58,248 bases of DNA, filler included, from Sphacelaria rigidula (GCA_964200075.2; 6 parts of 6 records of this genome joined end to end with filler, not necessarily neighbours in it); one strand, 5' to 3'. Counted from the whole stretch's first letter, positions 37,281 to 50,480 are shown. The notes: generated by a model not told the origin, from the letters alone. Program-made: numbers and translations.

Positions 37281-38049
37281 CTGGGGAGAACCAGTGCGAG
37301 GAAGGGCGTGAAAGGGAGGGGGCGGGGGGCGGGGGGGGTACACATATGAAGCAAGTCCCAGGAAAACCATCACCCGCCCCCGGCTTGCAGAAAGCACTAG
37401 TGGACGGTATGTGGCGAAAGCATGATACTTCACGGGATGAATAGTCATCAATCAGTACAGCGAGTACGGTTTCGAAATGGGGAGGGTGCAGGGGGGACAC
37501 ACGTTTGACATGATTGGAAAACACAAGAACGGCAAAAAATATAGACACACAAAAGGGGGAAAAAAAAAAACAGGCCGAACACAAATATACGGAGATTTCG
37601 AACACGCGTGTATTTGTTTCCAGGGTAGGTAGGCGGTCCAAACAAGAACGTTTTTATTTATTTTTTGTTCACTTATTTATTCGCTTTGTGTATGTGTGTT
37701 CTTTTCCGCTGGGTGTTCTCGAAAATGAATCGTACACTGACGAAACTTGCATTTCGAAGGCTGCAAGTGTAGTGCCTTTTTGAAGACTGAAAGTCTAGTG
37801 CCTTGGTTCCCGCCGAACACATTTTCTGAAAACTCTCTGTCTTTGTCTCTGTCTCCGTCTCTCTGCTTCCTCCCTTTCTCGAGCGTCCTTCAGCGAGTGC
37901 TTCCCGCGTTTACTTACCATGGGTGCTGTACATCCATCTTGCCATCACGGTTGGATCCCTGTGGCATCACTTCACCTCATGTCCGACAATCAACCGATCA
38001 ACCAATACTCGCATGCGTGGAAGTAGTGCGGCGCTGCTCCGCGGCAGAT

Positions 38050-38385
38050 CGTACGAAAGCGCCGCAATAATACACTTTTCTTTTTTTTCCCTCACACTTT
38101 GAACCCCTCCCCTTCCTCGGGATTAGTCCGTGGTCTCAAGGGATCAACTCATTTCTCACCTGGTACGTGCCTTTCACTTTGATCTCGCGGATTGGATCAG
38201 CACTCCCGCACCGCGTCGAGTGACGTCACACAAACCCCGTCGACTACTTACTTTGTTCACTCACGTTCTCACGCTTTCCACGGTGGAAATCATACGTCAC
38301 GAAGAAAAAACCCAACGCATCGGGAATCGAACCCCCGTTCTCCCCACCCTGACGGCGACAGTCGGCACAATGAGCCCCGAAGAGT
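38050..38385 (-). mobile_element. Second tRNA-derived SINE-like family (other copies 54310-54560 +, 56300-56383 -)
   Basis: Minus-strand head with A-box-like GGGCTCATTGTG and B-box GGTTCGATTCC. Body motifs tcgacgcggtgcgg, atccaatccgcga and cccttgagacca.gg.ct...ccgagga are shared with contig 6. Confidence 0.7.
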
Positions 38386-38800
38386 ACATGACGGACAGGT
38401 TGACTGCGGTATTCACAAAACCCTAGGGCGACACAGGGAGTTGCTGGATTTTTAGACATGATAGCCTTGGTCGGACGCCCCGGGATCAACTTTTCCCAAC
38501 ATCATGTCACAATAGTCACTGAGCTACTGAATCAGCGCTCTGTGCTTTTTGCGACATATTCACAACTTCATCAACCCCTCCTCCAAGAGTCTAATGTGGA
38601 TTATGACTCTGGTTCGTTTTACTACTTTTGTACCTAAATCTTTATCCTGTACGAGGGAGGGGGGAAGGGGGCGGGCGTACTCATGATCTTGCATGCCGTA
38701 GTCGCATTACCGTTGACCTCGCATCCCTACAAAGCCAGGACGGAGCGCGCCGGGTTTTCGCCGGACCAGGCTCGCACTTAATCACCAAGCGCGAAGCGCC

Positions 38801-38900
38801 NNNNNNNNNNNNNNNNNNNNNNNNNNNNNNNNNNNNNNNNNNNNTTAATTAATTAANNNNNNNNNNNNNNNNNNNNNNNNNNNNNNNNNNNNNNNNNNNN
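38801..38900. other. Artificial contig spacer
   Basis: N44-TTAATTAATTAA-N44. Confidence 0.99.
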
Positions 38901-41231
38901 TTTACACAACTAGCAATGTCTCGAGTGCTCGTCCTATTCTTTTTTTCTACAACGAGCAATGACTCGAGTGCTCGCCCTATTAATTTTTCGGCCAACGAGC
39001 AGCCCAACGAGTGTGAGTGCCACGAGTGACACTCGTGCTCGTCCGACGTATGGACTCTTCCGCTTGCCACCGCTCATCACATTTAGAATCTCAAGATACT
39101 CGTAACCGCTCCACATTCCAAGAAAAAAAATCATCAGTACGAGTACTCAACATTGAGTGACTCACGGGCTGACCTTCATTGGGGGGCCTGCCACTTTTTA
39201 GCCCTGATTTTGACTCTTCGGTATTTTCGATTGATCGAGCCTATTCCGATCGTAATCGTAAAGAAATTAAAATGTTTTTTTTTTAAAATTATACCTACTC
39301 AATGCACTGGAGCCACAAACGGTGCTTTACGGTTAATAATACCCTCCTGATAAACGGGGTATCTACTTGTATCGCCCGATAACACCAAGTAACACTAACT
39401 TGGGCACTCTGTTTTGCGGACGATCTGTCTATTATACCAAAATCTCCCGACGCTGGCACTTTCGAGTTCCATCGAAGAGTAGTAGGCAACAAATTCCTAA
39501 AACAACCCGGAATAATTATGATACTGACTGCCGTACAAGTTAGGCGTCACTCTGACCACGCACGACCGTACTGTACTGTTGTCTGTGCTGGACTCTCGGC
39601 ACAGCTGTTGTTTGTACGGTCTTTTGAACTGCTCAATGCGAGAAAAGCACCTCGATCGTTAGTTTCAACAAGTTCTCAACAGGCATAGGACTTCACCCAC
39701 ACCACTTGACAAGTGAGCAGCGTCGAAGCACGGCTACAAGCGTCAGTGTCTATTTGCCTTCAGCCTGGTGAACCGGTTTCTGTCCCGGTGCTCGGAAGCG
39801 CTCCGTCGTTTTGTGTTGGTGCATACAGTAAACAAGATAAATATGTACGGTGCGAGGAACACGGTACTGTCTGTTGTGTGTCTGCCCACACAACCACACG
39901 CCATATGGACCTGGTGCAACATGTGGACGAAGCACAGCCGAATACGCACGCGTGAGGCTCAAACCTTGCTGTCCATCTTTGTAGTACGCCCACGTTATAC
40001 AGATGCTATCGCGTCCCCGCACACATCCTCCAGCAGCAACCGCAGATAGTGAAGGTCGGTGCTCTGCTGTCACTGGACCAACCAAAGGCAAGGAGGATAC
40101 CCAAATTTTGAATTTTGCGGGGCTGTGCACTATGCACGTATATTATGGAGGGTGATGCGAACATTGATCATCTGCGAATCTTCTTAATTCAAATGGAAAA
40201 CGACCCCTCTCCGAGCGAGCGGGGTGGCAGTTATCAGTTGTTTGGGTTTGGAAAGAGGAAACACGACAGTAGGAACAGTAGACGGAAGCCCGCTGGCACT
40301 GCCTGTGACATTGTCATACCCAGCTTTCAGTCCAGGCAGGTGGGTCGTGAGATGAGGTTTGCTTGGAGCTGGCGTTATAGCACAGTATCTGTGCTATTTG
40401 GTGCTCGCAGTACCACAGTACAAACCTAGTTGCAGAGCTTCACTTTTCAGAAAGCATCTGTTGTTGCTTCTTGAGCCGTTTCTGCTGCAAGAATGCCAAC
40501 GTGACCTATTTTCTTCGACAACGAGCTCCATATCACACACACTGTTGTAATGTAGTGCAATATCCTCTTCTTCGATCTGTGAAATGCCACGCTGGTATTA
40601 CTGGCAGTGCTTTAGGGCTCCTGATGGTGAGCAGAAGCAGCTGCCTTTTTAAGTTGATCAAAATGCCTCTTTTTTGTCACACCGGGTCGCATGACTTCAT
40701 GCACAACCGGGCGAAAGTTTGATTGATAGGTCGGCAACCAAGTCTATCCTGCAGTCCGTAGCAGAGTTGCTACGATGGGACCAGGAATACACCCCTGCTT
40801 ATCCGTAACTCAGCTGAGCATGCCCGCTGGCAGCGAATGTTGCCTCTGTAACTTCCCTACAGGCGTGCGATGCATGGCGTCTTCTGTACACACACATATT
40901 TTCGTTTTTCAAATCTTCCCGGTGAGACGCCGTCAGCGCGCTCCTTGTCTGTTCTCAGCCAGTCAATGACACAGGGTATATCGTTGCTTAAGTCAGGAAC
41001 GGCTTTTGTAGACGCACGTTCGAAACGTGTTGCACTCGCATGAAAACATGCACAATTTCATCACGGACGGGTATGGGTACAGCACATGTAGAGTGGCGAC
41101 ACTCGAACATAACCGCACGTTTTTCTCTCGGTTGTATCTGGACGCCTCAAATTCTCATCCCTAGATCTGAGGTGACAAATATTCGTCTGCTGTACAAGAC
41201 CGCGAACACCAGTGTGTTTCCGAGACACAAG

Positions 41232-44200
41232 ATGACTAGATCAAATGGACCGTTCAGCAGAAACATCTCGTCGGCGCCCGTGAGCCAGAGGGTGCGCGAG
41301 ACTACAGAGCAGGTTCGTGAGAGTTCATCAATTCGTTGTGGGGATCACGTTCGATTCGTTTTGTTGGGTCTGCCTGTAGGTCAGCTATTATTGTTTTCAC
41401 CCTTCGTCGTCAACGGGCGCAGTTGCTTTCTCGTGGTTCAGTGCACTACAGCATCAGTACCACGGCGGCCACCACGTAAGCCTCTACGATGTGTTCTCTT
41501 AGTGTCTTCGTAGTTAGTGTTGACGCAAGGTAGGTGCTCTACCGGATGCCACATTTTCCATACATACAGAGAGCAGGGAAGCAATAGATGCCAACGGTTT
41601 CTGAAATGCACCACCTAACACGGAGAGTTGTACATCGACGTAGTTTTTCTTCGTAGCGAGCTCGACATGCAATATTTTTCGGCCCATCACGTCACCGAAT
41701 CTTGCCAAACGTCTCCCCACCTTATTTCTCAACATGCTTATTGCCCGATGTCGCAGATGACCCAGTCGCAGTCCCTTACGCTCGTCAAGAATCTCGTGCG
41801 GATTTCCATCAGCACGGTATGCCACATTCGCAACATATTCCCCACCTCCTGCTTCCAAGAACGCACCTACGGTAAGACATCTTGTGTCTGGCGTTGCACT
41901 GCGATCATCGAGGGAGGATCATTGGTGTGTAATCCGGTTACACACGTGGGCACGCGCGCGCGCGCACACATATATGCACATACACACACACACACACACA
42001 CCCTGTAGAAGAGGTGAAGGCCCCTCTATAGAAGAGGTGAAGGCCCCTCTTCTACGGCAGCGACGCAGCTGAGCCATGTCCCTCATGATTCGACCATTTT
42101 TACCAGTGTTACTCAAACACCTAGGCTACTCTTCTTGGCCTCGCTTCCCCCAGCAGAATCCCTGACGGAAGTTGTCTCCATGTTGCAACCCCGCCTGTCG
42201 GGATTGACGGCGGTACCTGGGTCTTGACAATTTGCGATACAAATGGCATCGAGACACCCGCAATCTCCATTCCTTCAACTGAACTTGCACCTCCCTTACA
42301 TTGTATTGACTTCCATCCAGCGGGTATGAACATCTATCAGCTGGACGCGGCGACTAGGCATGAAGACACGAACGAAACTGTGGTGCACAACCAACAGGCG
42401 TACCAGCTCACGCAATGGCTTGAGTTTGGTGTGTTCGAGGCTGTTGAACGGAGGTGAACTAACTTTACAATATAAGCACCTCAATTTAATCTCACACCCG
42501 ATTCTAAGCGTCGTTTTACAGGGGTGGACTGAATTTTCCACCAGCTAGAGCGAGATAAATGGAAACTGCCAATAGCTAGCTCATGGTGAGCAACCAATGG
42601 CCCCGCACTCAATCTTTACATCCTTTCGCTTGTAGTTCAAATACTACGAATATAGACCATCGCTGTTGTCCTCTGCTTTACGCTCTGGGGACGTCCCAAG
42701 CGTAGGTACTTACGAAAAATGGAGCTTATTCTGGTGTCCGAGGATGCCCTCCGACCCCGCGAGTCGTACTCGTTCGAGCTGGACTATCCGGAGGACGGGA
42801 GAGATACTGGCATAACCTTCAGCGGTACACGAGTCACCACAGTGGAGAACAGCAAGTGAGACGCAGTTGAACGTGCCGAAACATTATGATGATCATTATC
42901 CATCCTGCCCTAGCCAACCCTTCGAGTCCCACGGTGAAGGTGGGGGTAGGGCGGGTGTTTCGACTGCCATGTCGCCCGAGAGAGCGACTTTGAGATGTTT
43001 CATGAGGCAAAATTTTGTAGAGAGTGTAGCTTCAGTTTTTGAAGAGATATGAAAAAATTCGCTGATATAATACAGCGCAAAGTCAGCGACAAGACAAGCA
43101 AGAGGGTCCCCACCAAGCTCTTCACAATAAAAAAAAATGACAAATACATGTAGTAATTCCGGCGTTTGCCTGGTTGCATCCTCAAGCGAAGTTTGTGATC
43201 CACGGATTGGCCTCAACATGCCCAGATAGACTGGTTGAAGGAAAACGTGTCACGGCTACTTGTGGGAGCTTTGTGCGGGCGAGCCGCTGCACTCTATTGT
43301 ACACGCAACGATGCTTTCCACCGCCTCGCTCGATGGCTCGGCCAAGTTGGTCAGCCTCGAAAATAAGCGCCAGCGAACTCAGATCGGGGACCATTTCGTG
43401 CTGTTCTCCGGTTATGACCTGGAAGATTGTCTAGTCGGCCACTGCTCCCGGAAAAACGTCGAAGCTGTTCCTCAATGGAACGTTATACCGTGCTCTAGAA
43501 AGACTCACAACCTGGTTGTAATGCGTGAGAGGACTGCGTGCTTAGAGGACCGCGCCGTTGTTCAAAATACCTCAGAATCAACGTTTTTCAAAACCAATCG
43601 GGTCAGTTCCTGAAAGTGCCCAACACTAACCTTAACCATAGGGATATTCAAATTCCGATGCGGTCCTCTAAGCACGCGGTCCTCTCACGCATTCCACTGG
43701 TGATCACCGTGACTTCGCTTACTACACGATCAATGTGAAATGGTATTCTCGCGAAGCACGGGCGAAGTGAGGGATGCCCAGATAAATCAGCGTTTTATAC
43801 CTACTAGCCTATTGAAGTAAGAACCCAATATTGAAAAAGTGCAGCTGGTGCGCGCCTTCATGAGAGAAAATTGAGTATCGACGCCCAATTGGCACTATCC
43901 CGCTGACCATGAGCTACATGTCGGTGCCTTGACGCTGCATCCCACAGAAATGCATATCACGAAGTGTGTCGTTGTATGCTATGGCTAGGGATTCCGTTGC
44001 TTCTGGTTATCATTCACACCTTCCTACCATGCGATGTTTTTGTTATTTTCCTGGGAGCACAACCACAAGAAATCAAGATTCATGTCACTTTAGACGAAGT
44101 ATGCACCCAAGAGTATAACCTAAACAAAGCGAGCAGATTATCATTTGCTGAAGCTGCACATGGCCGGTAATTTGTTCATCATATTCAATTGGTTGTGTTC

Positions 44201-46667
44201 TGCATCCCCCTCACGCTGGGTCAATGATCACACGACTAAGGCAAGCGACAAATGAGTACCCCCCCCCCCTCCTCACGCTGTGCAGCGACGCTCGTTGCGC
44301 CTCCTGGCAACTCCTGCCAGCCTCCTTGGGAAAGTCGCCTCTCTCGGAGGCTAAGTATGTTTTTTTCCATTCCATCAAGTCCAGACTATCACATTGTACT
44401 GCTCATCTACCCGCCACAAACTTTTTCGTCGGCAGGGCTCAACTGGTGAAGCTCATCCGTTCTCTCATACAGTTCTCCAATACGTTGGAAGAGATTCCAG
44501 CCGAGCGTGTCGTGACTATGAAGGTGATATACATTTTCCCGCGATTGACGTCGTGCAATATCGGCGTACTACAGATGAAAGTCGACACGACTGCTATGCT
44601 GATTTATCAGAACGATGTCGACATATCGTTCGTCGGGTAATATACTATTACTACGTTCTATAAGAATTCGAGCCCAATTCTAAGTGTGCTGTCTCCCTGG
44701 TGGAGTCTTTTTTGCCGCTGACGTGACCGCCTGAATCTGCTCGAGTGGCATATTGTTTCTGGCGCATACCCCAAACCGCATTCTCACTGATTGATGATGG
44801 TCGATGACCCAGCGAACCGTTGCCATGTGGTACGTCGGAAACGTTGCTACACAGCTGTGGTACCACGACGAGCGCACGCCGACAGATTGGGAGCCCAAAT
44901 ATTTCCAAGCAGCCGACCCAGAAGACTTGAGCTTCAGCCGCGAGGACGACCATGACACCTTGCGCATACGTATCGGAGAGATGCAAACACCGCACCACTA
45001 CTTGAAGGTGAGCCGATGATTGAAACACAAGACGTTTCTTTGCCTTCCTACACTGAGAATGACGCAAGTGGGTGGTATTACGGCCGGCGATTGTACCACA
45101 ATATCATTTTGATGACAAATTTAATCACTCTTTGGCGCTCTTACGATCAGAGTTCCAACGTATGTGTTTTCGAGTCACTTCATCCAAAGATGTGCGACAC
45201 GATTGCAGGGTTTCTCCCACTGGTGACATTGAAAGGGCACCTAATCATATTTCAACAGCAGGGCACAATTATTGGCGCACTAACATCTTTGTTCAGGTGA
45301 GGTTCCGGGGCATCGTTGAGAACCCCGACGAAGATGATACCGCGACACAGGAAACTGCGAGAGCAGCAAGGGGCAGCGAGGCGAAGGACGGTAGCGACGA
45401 GGAAAATTCGCCAATGAAACCGCTTCCTACGTGAGGAAGCTTTGTTTTTGCAAGATTTTTGGTGCACGTCGTTGCTCATGTGATGTCAACGAGTCTCGCG
45501 TTGAGAAACTTATCTCGATATTATAAAGAGATTTGAAAGCTGTGTGCATTCGCTTGTTTCACACGATATCGTGTGGTGCTCTCCCACGTGAAGAGCGGCG
45601 CGAAACGAATAGATGAAGGGATACTAGTGCGCAATGGAACCACAGACGTGTCTTCAAAAGAGTGGCCAGTCCCTTTTATTTCGGCGCAGGCGAAGGCACT
45701 GATGCTTACAAGAAAGGTTCAGTTCCAATGCGAAGTATAACCGGAAGTTATCCGCCGCGGGGTACGCATAGTGCCACCAAATATCGTGCCGTACCGAACG
45801 TGGATTTTGCGGCGATATCAACGAAGCCTGGGGCTGTTTTACCTTCCGTCGAGTATTGTTTACACAGTCCACACCTTCGCTCGCTCTCTCAGAATTTCAC
45901 ACGTCCTATGATATCCAGGCGAACTGAGCTTGGAGGTCTCTTGGTGTGCAAGGCAGACCACGCTTCGGAAGATGACGGAGAAGAAGAGAGTGGCGAAGAT
46001 GAGGAGACGCAAGCACCAGAGCCGGAAATGCGCGCTGTCGAGGAAGAACCTGAGAAACGGGTGCTATCTGACATGGCAAACTTGTCAGTATCGAAGGTAC
46101 GCGAGCATTGCTTGCGACATATCTTCCTCGCTTTGTACCCTGGAGCATGGGGGCCGAGTGTTCCCCGCCCACAATTTCCCGTCGAGATTCATTAGTAGCG
46201 ATCAAGTCGAATTGATTTCTCTGTCAAAACCTCTTCTTTTCAGATTGTGAAGCAAATTTAGCTACTGCCATAAGTTTGCCGTTTCCTCAGCACGTGTTTG
46301 TGAAAATTTCGTATCACCGCCTCGTTCCTTCGCCATGGGTACACTCTAGATGGGCCCCGCATGCATCCATGACTCAACTCTGGGTTTTGGTATCTTACCG
46401 GCACGGAGAATTCCGCGCCCATGATGGGGTTGCCTAAAAGACTGCGCCGAGCGAATATGGAAGCCTTCTAAAGTCCAATCATTTTGTTGAAAATATCGCT
46501 GTTTGCCCCCCTCGTGGCGGCAACGCGTCCTTTTTGGTGCAGGTTGCTCCAGGAGAACAAGAAATGGACGAGACAGACGACGATGACGATGATGACGACG
46601 ACGACACCACAACGATCATGGATGAAGTGCGAACGTGGACAAAAAAGCAGAAGCGACCAACCATTGC
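41232..46667 (+). CDS. HOP1: Meiotic HORMA-domain protein (HOP1/ASY1/HORMAD-like), 3'-incomplete
   Basis: Phase-consistent exons: 41232-41312 (tentative first), 41757-41871, 42321-42453, 42706-42855, 44436-44523, 44855-45007, 45297-45430, 45919-46096, 46543-46667. Peptides QSLTLVKNLVRISISTVCHIRNIFP, LTQWLEFGVFEAVERRYL, ESYSFELDY, LIRSLIQFSNTLEEIP...TMKLWYHDERTPTDWEPKYF and IGEMQTPHH, followed by an acidic linker. Confidence 0.92.
43520..43693. mobile_element. Small MITE (34-bp TIRs) in HORMAD intron; partial copy at 17925-17991
   Basis: aatgcgtgagaggactgcgtgcttagaggaccgc / gcggtcctctaagcacgcggtcctctcacgcatt. Confidence 0.85.
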
Positions 46668-48524
46668 GTGAGTAGGTTGTGCTTTTAGTTTATGTGACTG
46701 CGAGGTGCAGACCCGTTCTTTCTTGCTTCACTCCTTCTCGATACTGCCCTAGGATTCCGAGTCTCATGCTTCTGGTGCTACTTCAAATGTGGCGGGACGT
46801 GCATCAATTGTCCTAGCTCTGTGTGCGAGTTTCCCGGTGTTGAACACGATCTGTTCTCAGCAAAAGCCATCTTTGGATATTGTAATCCGAGATTTGCGAG
46901 TAGGAATCTGGAATATCGAGTGAATTTATCATAGTAGGGTCGTCATCATCGCGGTATTGTTACGTGTTTTGGAGTGAGACCAAATTGAATCGATTTATCT
47001 GAAGAGAGGACTACGCTGATTTCACGGTTGAGATGTAAAGGTTTCAAAGACCAGCAAAGGTCAGTGACTTGTAGTTTTGTAAGGTGAACGTAAGTTCATG
47101 TCGTCCCGAAACGAAAAATGTCACAAACGGTAAGCTCCAGAGAACGGCCCAAAATCCACACAATAACCTAGGGGCGTGAGATCATATTCTAGCGATGACC
47201 CCCTCCCCCCTGTCACGGGATGCGAGGTCAATGGTCTTATGACTATGGCATGCATGATCATGAGTACAACCCCCCTGTCACATGATGGTGAGACACTCAT
47301 GAGCAGTGTGTAAGCCGTGGCTGCCTCTGGAAGTGGCGATGCCGGAAAATGAAGCAACTCATCGGAGGCTGTCATCCAAATGCAAGATAACCAGTAGGCT
47401 TCGAGCCGAACAATCTTAGCAGGATGCAGCCCACCCTTCATGCGACTCGCCGAACACATGACGGCGCTTCGGGCTTGATGATTGATTACGAACCTGGTCC
47501 GGGCGAAACCCCGTCGTGCTCCGTCCCGGCTTTGTAGGGATGCGAGGTCAATGGTCTGATGACTGTGGCGTGCATGATCATGAGTACACCTCTCCCCCTC
47601 CCCCCCCCCTCCATCACACGGTGCTCCGTCTCGAAAGGGATGCGTGGTCAATGGTCAGACGACTAAGGCGAGCAACACATGAGAACGCCCCCCTCCATCA
47701 CACGGGTCAATGGCCATGTGACTACGGCATGCAAGGTCATGAGCATTCCCCACCACACACACGCAGGTCGGATCTCTGAATGACATTCTGAGACAAAGAG
47801 CCGACCTTATGTCAAAGAAACACAATCATTGGTGATGGCGGCCTTTGATTGATGGATGCGCCAATCATACATAATCCTACTTCTTCTCGGGCCTTGAGTA
47901 ATACATCCAAGTTACGTATATTTTTGAGGCGTCCATCCGCTACCACCGGAGATGTGTCTCAAAGGTTTCGCTGGACATGACTACTCAACGGTGACCAGGC
48001 GGGTGTACACAAAGGTGGCACTGCTATCTTAATGCCTGCAACGCGCACGACAAACTTGGGTGAAACCGGAAGGCATTTATTTATGTTGGCTACTGCACTA
48101 AATTATCCCGCACATACTGCCGGCGGGTCATGTGTGGTGTAGTCGCATAGTGTGAAATAAGAAATATGTTCAAATAATCAAACTATCATAACACGCGACG
48201 CAGTCCGGGGTGGTTGTATGGTTGGGGAGAGCTGATGTTTTGGCTATCTATCACACCCTGGACAACAGATTCTACTGTAAAAGAATGTACTGCGTACAGT
48301 ATGGAATCTATTGTCTATCACAACAGGCGCAATAGTCGATACTGTACGCAGTACGCTTTTTGACTGCGTATTCTGTTGTCCAGAGTGTGCTACCTATTGC
48401 TACTGAGCGCGTTGACTTCCTCGAAACGCATTTTGGCAAGCATGTGTTGGGTAGGGATTTTTTTTTTTTTTTTTCAGGTGTCTGATAGGAGCCTTTTATC
48501 CATATCTCTCTCCTTTTTTACTGT

Positions 48525-48624
48525 NNNNNNNNNNNNNNNNNNNNNNNNNNNNNNNNNNNNNNNNNNNNTTAATTAATTAANNNNNNNNNNNNNNNNNNNN
48601 NNNNNNNNNNNNNNNNNNNNNNNN
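48525..48624. other. Artificial contig spacer
   Basis: N44-TTAATTAATTAA-N44. Confidence 0.99.
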
Positions 48625-48859
48625 GTCTAACTCCAAATATTGGCCGGCGCATCCGCCTGCAAACGTTCATGCAGCCTCTAGGCTGGCCCAGCTCGTACGG
48701 TATTATTGTATTATCTACCCCGATCGTGAATACACGATGTGATCCAAACATTATTTACCCACGTTAAACCCAACTTAGATAAAAAAAAAAATTCAATCAT
48801 GACCATGAATGTACCACCCCTTGGAATACTATTGTTCTCGTAACCCCATATTATCGCTC

Positions 48860-50480
48860 CATTGCTACCGTTACCCCATCCTGTGCCTTGACCGGGCTAG
48901 AAACCTCCGGCGACTACATCTTCTGCGCACGCTTTCGATACTGCTCCCGAGTCTTTGAAGTTGGCTCGAACGTATGCCATAGATGCCCCGCTGCGGCAGC
49001 GTCATTCTTCCTGAATCAGTGCCAGCTGTAAACCTGCTGCTGCCAGTCTGGTAGCTCCTCCGACTCGCCCAGGATATGACACGCACTCTAGAGGTTGTAA
49101 ACCTTAATGTTGAACTAAAGCTCCCAAAGCGGATGTGGCCTGATTGCGCGTCAGTGTTGTCCACGCTGTTCCTGATGGGTACGCCGCCAAAAGTACTTCG
49201 GCGGCTAAGGTTGGGTGCATAAGCATCCATTCCAGCACTGTCTCAAAGCCTCCCCCACCTGCTCCCAATAAATTACCCACCGTCTGTGGCTGCGTGTATC
49301 CCGGTTTATGCATGCGTGATCTGAGCATCAGCGCTCCTTTCCGACCGTGATCGCTTTTGCTTGCCCTATATCGAATTTCTACGCAATATGCGTGGTGCCA
49401 GTCATTGATGTGCTCGCATTGGATGCTGCTCCGTTTGAATGCGATCTCACCTGTCATTAATCCGAAAACCCTCGTGGATCTTTTCTGTTGTTGTACGCGA
49501 ATAATCTTGATGCTCTGTACAAGAAAAATATGAAACGCATAGGCATAACCAAAGCTGTTGGCCGCCCAATTCCCATTCTGCCGCCGAAACGCGGCCCCAG
49601 TGATATTAGATGGCGCCGTGTGCGGCTGCCTCCGGCTTGCGATTTACTTTCACGCTCCATACCTCCTTTTTATTGCCCTCGAGAAGTAGTGCCGCAAAGG
49701 CGGTTCGATATCGACCAAGCGATGAAAATATTGTCCAGCGGATGACCTACGAATTGCGGTGGATAGTTTATTTCCCCTTGGCAAAATATGGGTACGCGAA
49801 AATTTGCCCAGCTCCATAGCAATCGCTTCTACTCCTGCTGACATATCCATGAAAAGGGATTTGCCCACCGCTAAACTGCGCCACTGCCTCCACGTCTTGA
49901 CCTCCTTCGTAAGTGGCCAAAAACGGTGGTGAAATTCCGACGCGTGCGAGAACCGTCGCAAGACTTCCGAACATAGTGTCGCACCCTGCAGGTGAATATG
50001 CAGCGATATTGCAATCAAGTGATATGGAATATCGTGCCAAGGCCAACGAAATATGCCGTCGGCAAGCACATTGTCGGTGCCCGCGATGTGATGTACCTGA
50101 TGCCATCATCCCCCCATTTTCGAGTAAGCCTAGGATACGCATCAAAGCTGCTGCTCTGACAGAAATAATTCAAACTAAGCTGCCGCACCATCTTCCCCCG
50201 TTGCCCCAAGCTTGAATCTTATTTTCCGTGACTGACCTTTTTGCTTGCATCGACCGTTCCACAGTTGCCCTCGCATGAGCCTATATTGTTCACATTCGTA
50301 CCCGTTCCACAAACCACAGATCCCGCTACGCTCCGATCTTTGACGTTCGACTACAGGCCACTATAAAAGTATCTCAGAAGCACATACAAATTAGACTCCC
50401 AGAAATGTCATTCCCCCGAATGCCCACCACGAGCCTTCAAGGATGGACCCGAGGCACATCAAAGGGGGGGGTGATGTGGA
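48860..50480 (-). mobile_element. Decayed tyrosine-recombinase retrotransposon remnant (DIRS/Ngaro-like): RNase H plus YR; boundaries approximate
   Basis: RNase H end HIAGTDNVLADGIFRW (~50040-50090). YR motifs FFLYRASRLFAY, EIRYRASKSDHGRKGA and YPGRVGGATRLAAAG...IQEE*RCRSGASMAYVRAN (decayed HSxRxGGAT...GRWxSxxxxxY). Stops and frameshifts are present. Confidence 0.85.

Noticed and set aside
37730..37790. Hammerhead ribozyme candidates (CTGACGA here; CTGATGA-type motifs at ~1620, 28420-28453 minus, 34509)
   Set aside because: None has a correctly placed stem II followed by GAAA with closing stems I and III.
37918..37958. Candidate upstream TRM1 exon (DPTVMARWMYSTH, good gtaagt donor)
   Set aside because: It ends in phase 1 and no bridging exon to the phase-0 exon at 37280 was found, so it was left out of the model.
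38315..38385. tRNA gene (also 9057-9126)
   Set aside because: A/B boxes are present, but there is no convincing cloverleaf and each continues into a repeated body, so they are treated as SINE heads.
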